From positions 32,001 through 96,000 of IMG/VR virus record IMGVR_UViG_3300000228_000002: 64,000 bases of DNA; one strand, given 5' to 3'. Within the stretch, counting starts at the first letter, position 1; each line of letters begins with the position of its first letter. Of the stretch, positions 30,333 to 40,036 are shown piece by piece. The position numbers and the translations under genes are program-made. Below the pieces are notes generated by a model. That model was not told the origin of the DNA. It ran no database searches and saw only the letters and a list, made by a program, of their open reading frames with translations. The DNA comes from a virus.

Positions 30333-30409
30333 TGGTGCTCGGAGCACGACTCGAACGTGCGGCCTCTTCCTTATCAGGGAAGTGCTCTAACCAACTGAGC
30401 TACACCCCC
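30333..30409 (-). tRNA. tRNA-Ile(GAT)-like gene with an unpaired acceptor stem
   Basis: Canonical D arm, anticodon arm (CTTCC-CTGATAA-GGAAG), T arm (GCACG-TTCGAGT-CGTGC) and ACCA end, but 5' GGGGGTG does not pair with 3' TCCGAGC. Confidence 0.75.
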
Positions 30410-30426
30410 ACATAAACAATACAAAA

Positions 30427-30515
30427 TGGGGTGACGTGTGAGAATTGAACTCACGACCTTCAGGCCCACAACCCGACGCTCTACGCCTTTCGGCTCCAAC
30501 TGAGCTAACGCCACC
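30427..30515 (-). tRNA. tRNA-His(GTG) with encoded G-1 and an extra D-loop hairpin
   Basis: G-GTGGCGT/ACGTCAC-C-CCA, anticodon loop TTGTGGG, and a GCCGAAAGGC insert in the D loop. Confidence 0.85.
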
Positions 30516-30550
30516 ATTTAAAAACTTTCGAACTACCAGAAAGAATTATC

Positions 30551-31096
30551 ATGATCGATGGCGAATTCAACGGGTTGAACCCAAAGAAGGATGATCTACT
30601 CCAATTTGCTATGTTGAAAGCAGTCTTCGATAAAGAGAGTTTCCAGTATTTAGTGTCTCGCAACACTCTTAACATTTTCATTCACTCTGATGCACAACCA
30701 ACAAAGAATTTCCATAGAGAACATTTAACTGAGTGTTTTAAACAAGCTAATGCCAGTAAGATTGACCTTAAGAGAGCCAAGGAATTGGTGGACGAATATG
30801 TTGGTGACTGGTGGGGCACTGCATGGCCATGTGGTGATTGTGTAACTACGGATCTGGCTTTTGCATTCGAGAAAGGTTTATTCAAGAACAATGCCTACGA
30901 TGATAATGATGTGGAAGTCAAAGGTACAGTTGACTATAGAATTCTTGAAATGAAACCTCTTAAGGCTCTTGCAGAAACGTTTGGTTGGGAAAAGCCTAAA
31001 GATGTGCTACGTGAACACGATGCTAGAAATGATTGTTTCAATCAGATGTATGAATTGAACAACTGTCTGGCATTCTTCAAAAAGAAACTCGGTTAG
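30551..31096 (+). CDS. DEDDh exonuclease (oligoribonuclease/3'-5' exoribonuclease-like)
   Basis: IDGEFNGL, D..F, HDARND. Confidence 0.8.
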   Translation: MIDGEFNGLNPKKDDLLQFAMLKAVFDKESFQYLVSRNTLNIFIHSDAQPTKNFHREHLTECFKQANASKIDLKRAKELVDEYVGDWWGTAWPCGDCVTTDLAFAFEKGLFKNNAYDDNDVEVKGTVDYRILEMKPLKALAETFGWEKPKDVLREHDARNDCFNQMYELNNCLAFFKKKLG

Positions 31097-31373
31097 CCTT
31101 CAGTTCTATGAAGTGGGCTAGCATCTCGTCTAGCTCACTCATAAGCCTTTCGTCTACTGGCGATGGCTCGAAATACCAATCTCTGTAGTACAGGTTCCAA
31201 CTTATTCCACCAAACATTTTCTCATAACAAGTGCAGAAGACATGCTGATTGGTCTTCTTCACCAGTCTGTCTCGATGTTTTTCGTCACGAACATTCTTCC
31301 AAGTTCGACCTGCCCCGTCCATCATCGTTGGTGGAAATCCCTTCTTGCTACATAGACTGATTTCTCTTGGCAT
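31077..31373 (-). CDS. Hypothetical protein
   Basis: Start MPREISL is coupled (TAATG) to the upstream gene. Confidence 0.6.
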   Translation of the reverse strand: MPREISLCSKKGFPPTMMDGAGRTWKNVRDEKHRDRLVKKTNQHVFCTCYEKMFGGISWNLYYRDWYFEPSPVDERLMSELDEMLAHFIELKANRVSF

Positions 31374-31714
31374 TATAGTTGTCCGATTAATACTTTCATT
31401 ACATAGAACAGTGCCACAGTAATAAGTACAGTGCAACACCCTTTGAAGTAGTATTCAGCAAGAGGAAACATACCCTTGGCATAGGCTTCTTCATATTCCC
31501 CTTTACTCTTAATTAGACCGAATACTTCTGCAACCCCCATAATAAATATTAGAAATAGCATCATTTTTTCGAAGGGTAGGTTGTTCAAGTTAGTCGGAAA
31601 CACTGGTTGTAGAAACCACGAAATTAGACACTGAACCTTATAGGCAAGTGCTGCCGTGACTGCAAATATTCCAATTACTGATATCCCGAATTTGCCAAAT
31701 GCTTGAAGTATCAT
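31373..31714 (-). CDS. Membrane protein (about 3 TM segments)
   Basis: Three hydrophobic stretches; GAGGAG RBS. Confidence 0.65.
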   Translation of the reverse strand: MILQAFGKFGISVIGIFAVTAALAYKVQCLISWFLQPVFPTNLNNLPFEKMMLFLIFIMGVAEVFGLIKSKGEYEEAYAKGMFPLAEYYFKGCCTVLITVALFYVMKVLIGQL

Positions 31715-32185
31715 ATTTTCTCCTCAATTAGTACGATTTTAACTGATTTAATATCTTTGGATGAGACCATTGTTCCAGATTTCTTATCGTAGTACGTCGA
31801 ACCAGGTGTAAGAATTCCTCTAGCTGCTCTCTCAGCTACGTCTATAGCTTTGATGAACTCCGGTATGACGTATTCATATACACCGAAACTTGACAATTCT
31901 CGTAATCTCTCGTATTCCCCATGCATGAATGCAGTTCGAGTGCGACAATGGTGGATAGCTGATGAACCATAACTTTCAGACTCTAAAGACTCAGTATCAG
32001 TAGCTACTACAAGTTTGTATTTTTCCTTATTTTCATCCAAGAACTTTTGTTCAGCCTCCTTGAGTGTCTATCTTCTCTGTAATTTCATCTACCATTCGAC
32101 GAAGCTCATCAATGCTAGGCTTAGACTGTGTTGGTTCAACAGTTGGTTGTTCACTTGTTAACCACTTGAAGAATTTGATTACCAC
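31711..32185 (-). pseudogene. Hypothetical gene with an apparent frameshift
   Basis: The GTG 32185 frame (...DEITEKI) joins TLKEAEQKFLDENKEKY with a 2-nt repair near 32065. Confidence 0.45.
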
Positions 32186-34965
32186 GTGATAGCCTCTAGG
32201 AACCAATTAGGAAAGAGTCCTGGGTTTCTCTGTACGAAATGTCTGAAAGAGTCATCCATGATATAGGTATGACTCCAATCTGCTTGATGTCGTGTTGCTC
32301 TACCATAGGCCTGCATAACCGTCGTGGCAGTTAGCATCTCATAGTAACCAGAATAAATTTCTTTTCTCAACTGGAGCAATGGGTCTCCAAGATACGGATA
32401 CGGAGTCTTGGCTATAATTTGGAATCTACAGTTTCCGGAAACCACACTTTTTCCGCGTCTTCTTACCACAATCAATCCAGTACTAACTGTTACACAATAT
32501 GCGTCCATTTCTGTATCGTACTCTCTATTGATGTAGTTATGCTCACCTCTAACGAATAGGGAGTAGGGACTATCATACCAATGAACTGCATGCCCATTGA
32601 ACGTGGTTTTGAAACCCGATATGGCTGCTAAGGCTGCTATGGTATCTAGGTTGGATGGTAGGGAGCTTGTGTAACTCTTTTTTCTGGTATTTTTCGGGTT
32701 AGATCCATTCCAATATGGTAATTCTGCTAGTAGAAGTCTTCTCTGTCTCAAGTCGAGTCTGAATAAAGACTCAATGTCCCAATGTTTATCTTGGCTCCAT
32801 TTTCCCAATGTCATCAGTGGAATAATATATGATTTGGGAACATGATAACATTCATCCCCCCTTTTGTTTACTAAAACGTGATACTTGTATTCGAGTCTAT
32901 CCAACAGTTCCTTAATTCTTTTTTTCTTCCTGTCTCTTCTAAATGTTAGCCTAACGTCGGTAACATCTTCACTGGTGACCCAATTACCGTCAGCTTGCAT
33001 AGCCGCTGCTAGTCTGATCTGATCATCACTAAGGTTTATCTCACTCATATTCTCGTATACACCACCACACACAAATTGAAGGCTTTTACCAGTTGGTGCT
33101 TCGCTAGCTTTGGTTAGCCTAGTAGTTCCTGTATCCACCTTTCTCCATAACATGGTGTGATCCGATGTCACCACTAGGTTATTGGTCATAGTATCGTATT
33201 CAGACCACCTCTTAGATTTCGTCCTAACTATTCTTTGTGGGTATTCGAAGTGGATCTTTTCAGTATTTTGTGTGTATGCAGCTACACGTACACCCTCAAC
33301 TAGATTAGGAAAGGGTACCCAACCCGACTCCGTTAGAATCTCAGTTTCAGAATCATAACAGAGCTCATCTTTTAAATCGATACCTTCAGTCATTGATGGT
33401 GAAAGTAGGACAGTGTTTTTGCTCTCTCTATGTCTGGATAGACATTCGTTTTGTTCTCTACTTGATCTTGCGAACAGTAGTCGAGCTCTCAGGTCTTGTC
33501 TGATTCCTGAGTAGATTTGGTTACAAAGGTGGTAAGTCACACCATGGATCATACCTTTATAATCCTTATAGTGATCCATCAAATATTCAATTCGATTGAT
33601 CAACTGTGGGATAACGATTGGGAGGGATTTAGCATTCATCTGGCCTACAGAATAGTTCAGATAAACAGGTCTAATCTCTTTCGGAAATGGTGACGAAGTT
33701 CTAATGATTGCAACATTCTTCTGGTCGATACCTAGCATGTTGCAATAAGTCTCATACCCAAGAATAGTGGCAGATAAGTGAATCCTAATGGGAGCCAGCT
33801 TCTTGATCTTATTGTAATATTTCTCTACTCGAACTGGGTACATCTTGAGTCTCTCAACAAGAGTCACATCTTGTTGATTCATTTCATGATCGACCGATAA
33901 GTTACCTGAATGCAATTGTCCCTTGATGAACTTGATCTTGTGAACCAGTTGTTCGTTCTCCTCAGTGAGGGCATCTTCGTCTTCCTGGATTCTCTCTAAG
34001 ATGTCTTGAAGGAACCCCTCGTACTTGGACGGATTTGCATATTTAGGAATAGAGTTCACACCGAAGGGTGTCAGCATCTTGAGACTTAGAGCCAGTCCCA
34101 CCGAAGAAGACATAACTTCTGGAAAGGAGTGTGCTTCATCAATAATGAGCATTTCTCTTGGTGATATCTGGTCTGGAACATACACAGCATATGAAATCAG
34201 AGTGTGCATATTGAGGAGTGAGAACTTGGAGTCGGATAATGCTCTACTTTTGGCAGTACCGTAGTCGCATCTTCCAAAATTCTCTCTACACTCTTTTCTT
34301 GATTGCTTTGTCTTGTTACATGGAGAACTACTGCAGTCAAAACCATCATTCACATTGCATCGATAGTTTGACTTACCACGAAGATCAGCCAACCAGTTGA
34401 ATTCTGAAAGGTACTGATCTTGGAGAGCCTTGTTAGCAGTGACCAGATAACCCGAATATTGTCTCAAAAGAGAGGCAATTGCAATAGGTGATTTACCTAC
34501 TCCCGTTGGAGCATCAATGATGATGTCAGTTATGTCCTCATTGGCCAGGTATTCATCCAATTTGGAGAATATGGCATGCTGCGTGTGACGGATCTCGCTA
34601 AATGGGAAAGTATTCTTGTATTCTTTCTGTGGTAGCAATTCTTTGATTTGGCTTTCATAAGCATTTGAAACATCTTCTATTCCGGCCACTATGTAACAGA
34701 GAGTTCCAGATAAACCCGATCTCATAGCACTGATTACAGACAACATGTGGTTGTGCTGTTGCTCGGTTGTCTTCTCCCATTCATCTTTTTTGAACATGTC
34801 GCCTTTCTTGTAGTCTTGCAATATGTAGTCAAAATTCTGGGAAGTGAAATTGGTTTCGTTGGCTAGAAAGTCTGTATAAGTATTGAGTGCGTCCTCGAAT
34901 GGCTTGCTCGACTCGGTTACTTCGAGTAATTTGGAAACAAATTTTCCAATAACAGTATCTTTCAT
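32179..34965 (-). CDS. DinG/XPD-family SF2 helicase (Fe-S type) containing an intein
   Basis: Q motif, APTGVGKS, Cys cluster, IIDEAH, LSAT, TEGID, QAYGRATR, D.SF. Confidence 0.9.
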   Translation of the reverse strand: MKDTVIGKFVSKLLEVTESSKPFEDALNTYTDFLANETNFTSQNFDYILQDYKKGDMFKKDEWEKTTEQQHNHMLSVISAMRSGLSGTLCYIVAGIEDVSNAYESQIKELLPQKEYKNTFPFSEIRHTQHAIFSKLDEYLANEDITDIIIDAPTGVGKSPIAIASLLRQYSGYLVTANKALQDQYLSEFNWLADLRGKSNYRCNVNDGFDCSSSPCNKTKQSRKECRENFGRCDYGTAKSRALSDSKFSLLNMHTLISYAVYVPDQISPREMLIIDEAHSFPEVMSSSVGLALSLKMLTPFGVNSIPKYANPSKYEGFLQDILERIQEDEDALTEENEQLVHKIKFIKGQLHSGNLSVDHEMNQQDVTLVERLKMYPVRVEKYYNKIKKLAPIRIHLSATILGYETYCNMLGIDQKNVAIIRTSSPFPKEIRPVYLNYSVGQMNAKSLPIVIPQLINRIEYLMDHYKDYKGMIHGVTYHLCNQIYSGIRQDLRARLLFARSSREQNECLSRHRESKNTVLLSPSMTEGIDLKDELCYDSETEILTESGWVPFPNLVEGVRVAAYTQNTEKIHFEYPQRIVRTKSKRWSEYDTMTNNLVVTSDHTMLWRKVDTGTTRLTKASEAPTGKSLQFVCGGVYENMSEINLSDDQIRLAAAMQADGNWVTSEDVTDVRLTFRRDRKKKRIKELLDRLEYKYHVLVNKRGDECYHVPKSYIIPLMTLGKWSQDKHWDIESLFRLDLRQRRLLLAELPYWNGSNPKNTRKKSYTSSLPSNLDTIAALAAISGFKTTFNGHAVHWYDSPYSLFVRGEHNYINREYDTEMDAYCVTVSTGLIVVRRRGKSVVSGNCRFQIIAKTPYPYLGDPLLQLRKEIYSGYYEMLTATTVMQAYGRATRHQADWSHTYIMDDSFRHFVQRNPGLFPNWFLEAITW
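32431..33360 (-). mobile_element. Intein (310 aa) with a LAGLIDADG-type endonuclease region
   Basis: EL|CYDSETEILTESGW...VVTSDHTM...QADG...YCVTVSTGLIVVRRRGKSVVSGN|CRF. Confidence 0.9.
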
Positions 34966-34996
34966 TTATACGTCCATGGCAGGTGTTTGGGATGGC

Positions 34997-35025
34997 ATTT
35001 TACAATAACTGAGCAAGTTTGTCAA
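34997..35025 (-). promoter_or_regulatory. Sigma70-type promoter for the helicase operon
   Basis: TTGACA-17-TAAAAT. Confidence 0.7.
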
Positions 35026-35041
35026 CCGTGCAGTATATTGT

Positions 35042-35242
35042 TCAACGCTGGAAGTATTGGTCTACTCTAGTTTTGAAATCGCCTTCGGTTAAAGGCTTGA
35101 TATAAATACTGATATACATCATTGTTGGGAGCAACCCTAGGAACAATACTTTGATCTTTTTATCCAGAGATAGATTGCTACACCAGATGTCTCTAATGTA
35201 AAGAAGGCCACAGATTTGAAGAACCATTAGGAATTCACCCAT
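35042..35242 (-). CDS. Small membrane protein
   Basis: Two hydrophobic segments. Confidence 0.5.
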   Translation of the reverse strand: MGEFLMVLQICGLLYIRDIWCSNLSLDKKIKVLFLGLLPTMMYISIYIKPLTEGDFKTRVDQYFQR

Positions 35243-35306
35243 GCGTCAAAATAATTTGTGTGGTGGGTTGTGTAAATGTGATACCACAAGAAACTGGTGA
35301 GAGCTT

Positions 35307-35762
35307 CTAAATAATTACTGGGGAATCTGGTTGCATGTTTACTTTGTTCTTACTCTCGTACTCTTCAGAGATATAGCCCTCTGCCTCAGCACGTTTCATA
35401 AACCTCATCATAAGCTTGCATTCAAGTATCATTCTGGAAGGAGTATGTGTCATATCCCTCATGTGAGATAGTTCATGAGCCAATAGGGATAGCATGTCCA
35501 ATTTTGAATAGTCTGAGAGTTTGATCTTCAGAGGACGGTACTTCTGAATATTCTGGTACTTGGTCATTAATATTATGCGATAGTAGACTGTTTTGTCTTT
35601 TTTCTCGTACTGATTGCATATACCAGAGATACGTTGAACTTCCTTGTGACCGGCTTTAGGAACTCTTGAGATAAGGTGGGTTAGGGTAGCCAATTCCGGA
35701 AGGATTGGTTTAGCATCTTCTAAATATGGAATCATCCATTTAAGCGATTTAGATATTCTCAT
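35307..35762 (-). CDS. Zincin-like metallopeptidase domain protein
   Basis: LAHELSH.....H motif. Confidence 0.7.
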   Translation of the reverse strand: MRISKSLKWMIPYLEDAKPILPELATLTHLISRVPKAGHKEVQRISGICNQYEKKDKTVYYRIILMTKYQNIQKYRPLKIKLSDYSKLDMLSLLAHELSHMRDMTHTPSRMILECKLMMRFMKRAEAEGYISEEYESKNKVNMQPDSPVII

Positions 35763-35796
35763 ACTTGAGTTACCCTCTCTTTAAATGAAAAATAAT

Positions 35797-36609
35797 TCAT
35801 TCAGGAGGCGAATACTCCGGCAGTCCCAATTGACCTCTATATTCTCGGGCCTTGTTGAAAACATCAAACCAGGTGTCGGTCACGGGGTCAGTTATGAAAC
35901 TATTTCCGATCAGGGCATTCATCGGTCTCTCAAGATCCTTGCTAACGGGTATCTCTTGACCCAGAAGAAATCTTCCGAAATCATTGGTACTAATACCACA
36001 TCTAGGTGCTAGACCTACTATTGGTTCATAATACTTGAGGCTTTCGAACCTATTCATTAGTTGATCTGCTAACCAGTCTGTTTCTGTAGGGATCATGATA
36101 CTCTCAGGTAGTCTTATCTCTCTACCACCCTGATTTGCCTTGAGAAGTCTTCCGGCAAACGAGTCCCATGGTTTGTACTTTGAATACAAGTTGGCAACCC
36201 TTACTGCCCACACGTTCTTCTTGAAGTTGTACTCCAGACGAATTAACTCTTCCATCATGGCTTTGGTCACTGCATAGTGTGAGGAAAGGTTCCTGGAGTG
36301 ATTGTAACTGGATCTGCTTTCAGCTACATAGTTTGTGGAGAAACAGACCAGATTGGACTTTGGAAACTTATGAATAAGATCATGAACTCTCCGTACGTGA
36401 CAATCAAATGCTCCATATGGATCATTTTTGCATTCACTCACTGAACCGAACCCTTCGGTATTCCATATCCACGTGCTTTCCGAGTCGGTAATTTCTATCT
36501 CATTTATCGGTTTCCTATGAAACACTATAGGGGAGGATCCGGTCTTGCGATATACTGCTCTGTTTAGCGACTGACCGAGATTTCCTCTACCTAAAACCAC
36601 GTGTTGCAT
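35797..36609 (-). CDS. RmlD-like NDP-sugar reductase (SDR family)
   Basis: LGRGNLG, V..C..DP, FSTNYV, YAVTKAMME, PT...WLA. Confidence 0.75.
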   Translation of the reverse strand: MQHVVLGRGNLGQSLNRAVYRKTGSSPIVFHRKPINEIEITDSESTWIWNTEGFGSVSECKNDPYGAFDCHVRRVHDLIHKFPKSNLVCFSTNYVAESRSSYNHSRNLSSHYAVTKAMMEELIRLEYNFKKNVWAVRVANLYSKYKPWDSFAGRLLKANQGGREIRLPESIMIPTETDWLADQLMNRFESLKYYEPIVGLAPRCGISTNDFGRFLLGQEIPVSKDLERPMNALIGNSFITDPVTDTWFDVFNKAREYRGQLGLPEYSPPE

Positions 36610-36625
36610 ATATATTGTCCTTGCA

Positions 36626-37051
36626 ATGCTTTATATTACACTGTTTTTAGGAATAATTATGTCAGGAATTCAGGAATTTAACTTCAGGTATAGACAGAAA
36701 GAGGATGATTTTTCGAGCTTCTTCAGTCAATTTGAGAGTCCAGAAGAAAAGATTGTTGAAGATGACCTGACTGAGGAAGAGAAAGAATTAGAAAGAAAGA
36801 AACTTCTACACCAAACAAAACAACTCGATCCAAGTAGAACAGTCCTGATAACTCAAAGTATGAGAGATGTGGTTGAATTCCTACAAGTCAACAGACCGGT
36901 GGATAAGAATGCCAAAAAGCAAAAAGGCATCCGTGGATTTGTGGACTATCTCAATATGAAAATGGGCTACTTGACCCACCTAACTCCAAAAGAGTGGGAA
37001 GGCCTGCAAGAAGTCTATAAAGTTGAATTGAATAAGAGACTAAGCACCTGA
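36626..37051 (+). CDS. Hypothetical protein
   Basis: Probable start at MSGIQEF after an AGGA RBS. Confidence 0.55.
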   Translation: MLYITLFLGIIMSGIQEFNFRYRQKEDDFSSFFSQFESPEEKIVEDDLTEEEKELERKKLLHQTKQLDPSRTVLITQSMRDVVEFLQVNRPVDKNAKKQKGIRGFVDYLNMKMGYLTHLTPKEWEGLQEVYKVELNKRLST

Positions 37052-37420
37052 TTTCTGATATTTCTCTATTTCTTCTTTCGTAAAGACCTTGACGTTAGTC
37101 GGTTTCCCAAGTCCTTTATGTGACTTTCTATAACGAAATACCCATGTTCTAGCTTTGTTAAGAGCAGTATACTGACTTTCTGTTACATGATAACCATTGT
37201 TTTTGGCTTTAATAACTATGTCTTTGACTAATTTCCTCACATCCAACAACTTGATCTCGTTGACTGTTGTCTCATTGGAGAAGAATTTGACTAATTGCTC
37301 TGCTTTCCTCATATCCCTTTTTATGCTCAGTTTTGTTTTGGGGATGCTGTTTGTGTACATGTGCACATACGTCCTGCGGACGATAACGGCACCCCAGAAC
37401 TGCGATGGATGGATTAACAA
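37040..37420 (-). CDS. Basic hypothetical protein (start uncertain)
   Basis: Lys-rich ORF downstream of the structured non-coding block. Confidence 0.5.
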   Translation of the reverse strand: MLIHPSQFWGAVIVRRTYVHMYTNSIPKTKLSIKRDMRKAEQLVKFFSNETTVNEIKLLDVRKLVKDIVIKAKNNGYHVTESQYTALNKARTWVFRYRKSHKGLGKPTNVKVFTKEEIEKYQKSGA

Positions 37421-37435
37421 GCGGAGCGGGAAAAT

Positions 37436-38135
37436 ATCCCACCCATTGAATACTCCCTTCGGGAGTGTGCACTAAATGAGCCATTACTATGCACAAGTGC
37501 ATAGATAATAGACTCAAAACTTTAGTGCTTAATATGGGTGGGATTTTGATTAAAAAATACTCTTCGACAAAAGGTTTTCAAAAATTAAAAGAACTTCCGT
37601 TCCCCTATTTTCAAATTGACCATGAGAATTACTTCATTATAGATTCATTGTTGTTATGAATCAATGAAAACTCACCTGGATAGCTACCGCTGGGTTGGAA
37701 AAGTAGAGTTTCACTCTCATAAGGGCAAAGAGGAAAAGAGTATAGGCAATAATGCCAAGATTGTTCATAGGTAAAACCCTCCTTTCTCAAGGGAGGCTAC
37801 TACTAGATCCTTCTTCATTCAATTCATTTGTCCGGTTGATCCCAAAAATTCATTTTCCATCAATTGTGAGTTGATGACAACATAGAAAGCTTGCACCTTC
37901 CTGTACCTGTTAAAATTGTTTATTCGACAATTTATGATTCGTAAGATTAGGTCCCTACTATCATCATTTAACAGTTTGAAAAAGAATCAAAACAAAACGT
38001 CCCCCAGCTCACTGTGTGCCTATCCTTTCTTTTTCATCACCACATATTTTCATATTAGGAGGTGAATCGGCACTCTATGTGAACCGTCTATACCATTTAT
38101 ACCGTGAATAACTAAATACCATGAGTGTGCCTAAA
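37436..38135. other. Large structured non-coding region at the main strand switch (candidate ncRNA and/or replication origin)
   Basis: No credible ORF over ~750 bp and many nested inverted repeats (see findings). Confidence 0.5.
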
Positions 38136-38193
38136 AAGGTAATGAATTGTCAACCATATTTTGGTTTGAATGTTTTTTAGAATATAACATTAG

Positions 38194-38988
38194 TTGATTC
38201 TTTGGCCATGCAGCATAAGGAACGAAATGAATAATGAAATCAGTGAAATTGTCAACCATCTTGCACAGGGTGACATAGACAAAGCCTTGGCATTATCAAG
38301 AGACCTACCAGAGATCAGACAGAAAATCCACTCATCAATTGAATTTTTATCCTATCCCGAGAAGTACAAGGAATTGTATTCTTCCGATATGGAGGACATC
38401 GACGAAAGGAAGCCAGGTCTTTTCATAAATTCAGAGCCAGATTCACGACAACTCAAAATTATTGAACACATAGAGCTTTTGAATAATAAATGGAGAATGC
38501 TTGATATTGGGTGTGCAGATGGCAGTCTGATATCGTATCTTCTTAAGAGACAGTTGATAAGATTTGGCCATGGAGTTGATGCATGGGAATCAGGAATCAA
38601 GTATGCCAAGGCATGGGCTAAAGACAAGAATGTTAAAGCAGAATTCACTTGTTCTCTAGCAGAAGATTTTAATGACACCGACTTGTATGATGTGGTTGTT
38701 ATGGGTGAAGTTCTTGAACATGTTATTCATCCTGAAACACTGTTTAAAAAAGCTCACCAACTTATAGGACCACAAAGACACCTGATCATTACAGTGCCAA
38801 TCGACAGACCACCCGTAACTGAAGAAGAAGCTAAACATCTTCTTTCTGGGAAACCAAATCTGCATGTCAGATTGTTCAATATAGACAAAATTTATCACAT
38901 GTCTAAAAATGCAGGATTCGAGTTTAGAAGACTAGAAATCGAGGGTAGAAACTGGAAGAATCTAGTAGTTACCATGCAGAAATTGTAA
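38194..38988 (+). CDS. Class I SAM-dependent methyltransferase
   Basis: MLDIGCADG, GVD, YDVVVMGEVLEHV, LIITVP. Confidence 0.9.
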   Translation: MILWPCSIRNEMNNEISEIVNHLAQGDIDKALALSRDLPEIRQKIHSSIEFLSYPEKYKELYSSDMEDIDERKPGLFINSEPDSRQLKIIEHIELLNNKWRMLDIGCADGSLISYLLKRQLIRFGHGVDAWESGIKYAKAWAKDKNVKAEFTCSLAEDFNDTDLYDVVVMGEVLEHVIHPETLFKKAHQLIGPQRHLIITVPIDRPPVTEEEAKHLLSGKPNLHVRLFNIDKIYHMSKNAGFEFRRLEIEGRNWKNLVVTMQKL

Positions 38989-39019
38989 TACCTAGTAATA
39001 CCTAGTAATACCTAGTAAT
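38985..39019 (+). repeat. 10-bp tandem repeat GTAATACCTA x3.5
   Basis: Read directly; fills the gap between the methyltransferase and radical SAM genes. Confidence 0.9.
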
Positions 39020-39028
39020 TGAGGGAAG

Positions 39029-40036
39029 ATGCTAATAGAAAAGAAAAGAAACTCCGAAGGAGAATTCTTCGTAAATTTTTTCGAGTTCTGCAATATGAGA
39101 TGCTCATTCTGTTGGCAAGATCATGAGAACCTTGCTGGTGTTGAGACCATAGTGGAACGAGCATGGGATATAATCGACAGAGTTAAGAAAGATAAGAGAA
39201 CTTATTTCATTGTTAACCTGATGGGAGGAGAACTTTTTGCAGATTCTCTACCTGATAGCATCTTCGACTCTTATAGAGGTCATGTCACGGAGCTCAAGAA
39301 CAACTTTCCGAGTGGAAAAACATTTCATATTAACTGGGTGACAAACCTAGTGTATTCCGAGAAGAGACTCAATGAAGTAACAGGTCTTGTAGACTGGTGT
39401 AAGAGCCAGGGTGTAAGTAGTAACCTTACTACATCATTCGACTTTGCAGGTAGATTTACTAAAGAACAGAAAGAAACATTTCGAGCTAACATTTCAGCAG
39501 CTAAACCTTATTTAGGTACTGTGTCTGTGGTTCTAACGAAACCCAATATTGAAAGAATGATGAAGGGCAACGATGAACTTTTTCAATGGTTGTATGATAA
39601 CAACTTTTACATTTACTTCGACTACTACTCACCAGAGAAAAATTTCAAACTCAATGCTCCACCAGACAAACTTCTTCAAGACGGATTATTGTACCTCTTA
39701 AAGAACTATCCAGAAGTTTGGCCTATTAAAGGTTGGAGAGTAAACGACATCAATAAGATGACATGTATGAGTTCCATGATTGTTGACCACACTGGATATA
39801 AGGGGCAATGTAGAGCACTTCTCACTACCAGTGTTGCTGACAAAATGGTAAGCAAGGTTGAAATTGAAAACAATTCATCAATGGAGAAGAGTTTCACTAA
39901 CAAATACAATTGCTTGGAATGTGAATTCTTCCACAAATGTGGAATGGGTTGTTTTCTTCAGCATGACTTCAAAGGCAAAGAAGAATTGGACGAGTGCCTG
40001 TATAAGGAAGTTTTCAGGGAGATTGAGAAGTGCTAG
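39029..40036 (+). CDS. Radical SAM enzyme with a SPASM-like C-terminal Cys cluster
   Basis: CNMRCSFC, MGGE, C-terminal CLEC..FHKC..GC...C. Confidence 0.88.
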   Translation: MLIEKKRNSEGEFFVNFFEFCNMRCSFCWQDHENLAGVETIVERAWDIIDRVKKDKRTYFIVNLMGGELFADSLPDSIFDSYRGHVTELKNNFPSGKTFHINWVTNLVYSEKRLNEVTGLVDWCKSQGVSSNLTTSFDFAGRFTKEQKETFRANISAAKPYLGTVSVVLTKPNIERMMKGNDELFQWLYDNNFYIYFDYYSPEKNFKLNAPPDKLLQDGLLYLLKNYPEVWPIKGWRVNDINKMTCMSSMIVDHTGYKGQCRALLTTSVADKMVSKVEIENNSSMEKSFTNKYNCLECEFFHKCGMGCFLQHDFKGKEELDECLYKEVFREIEKC

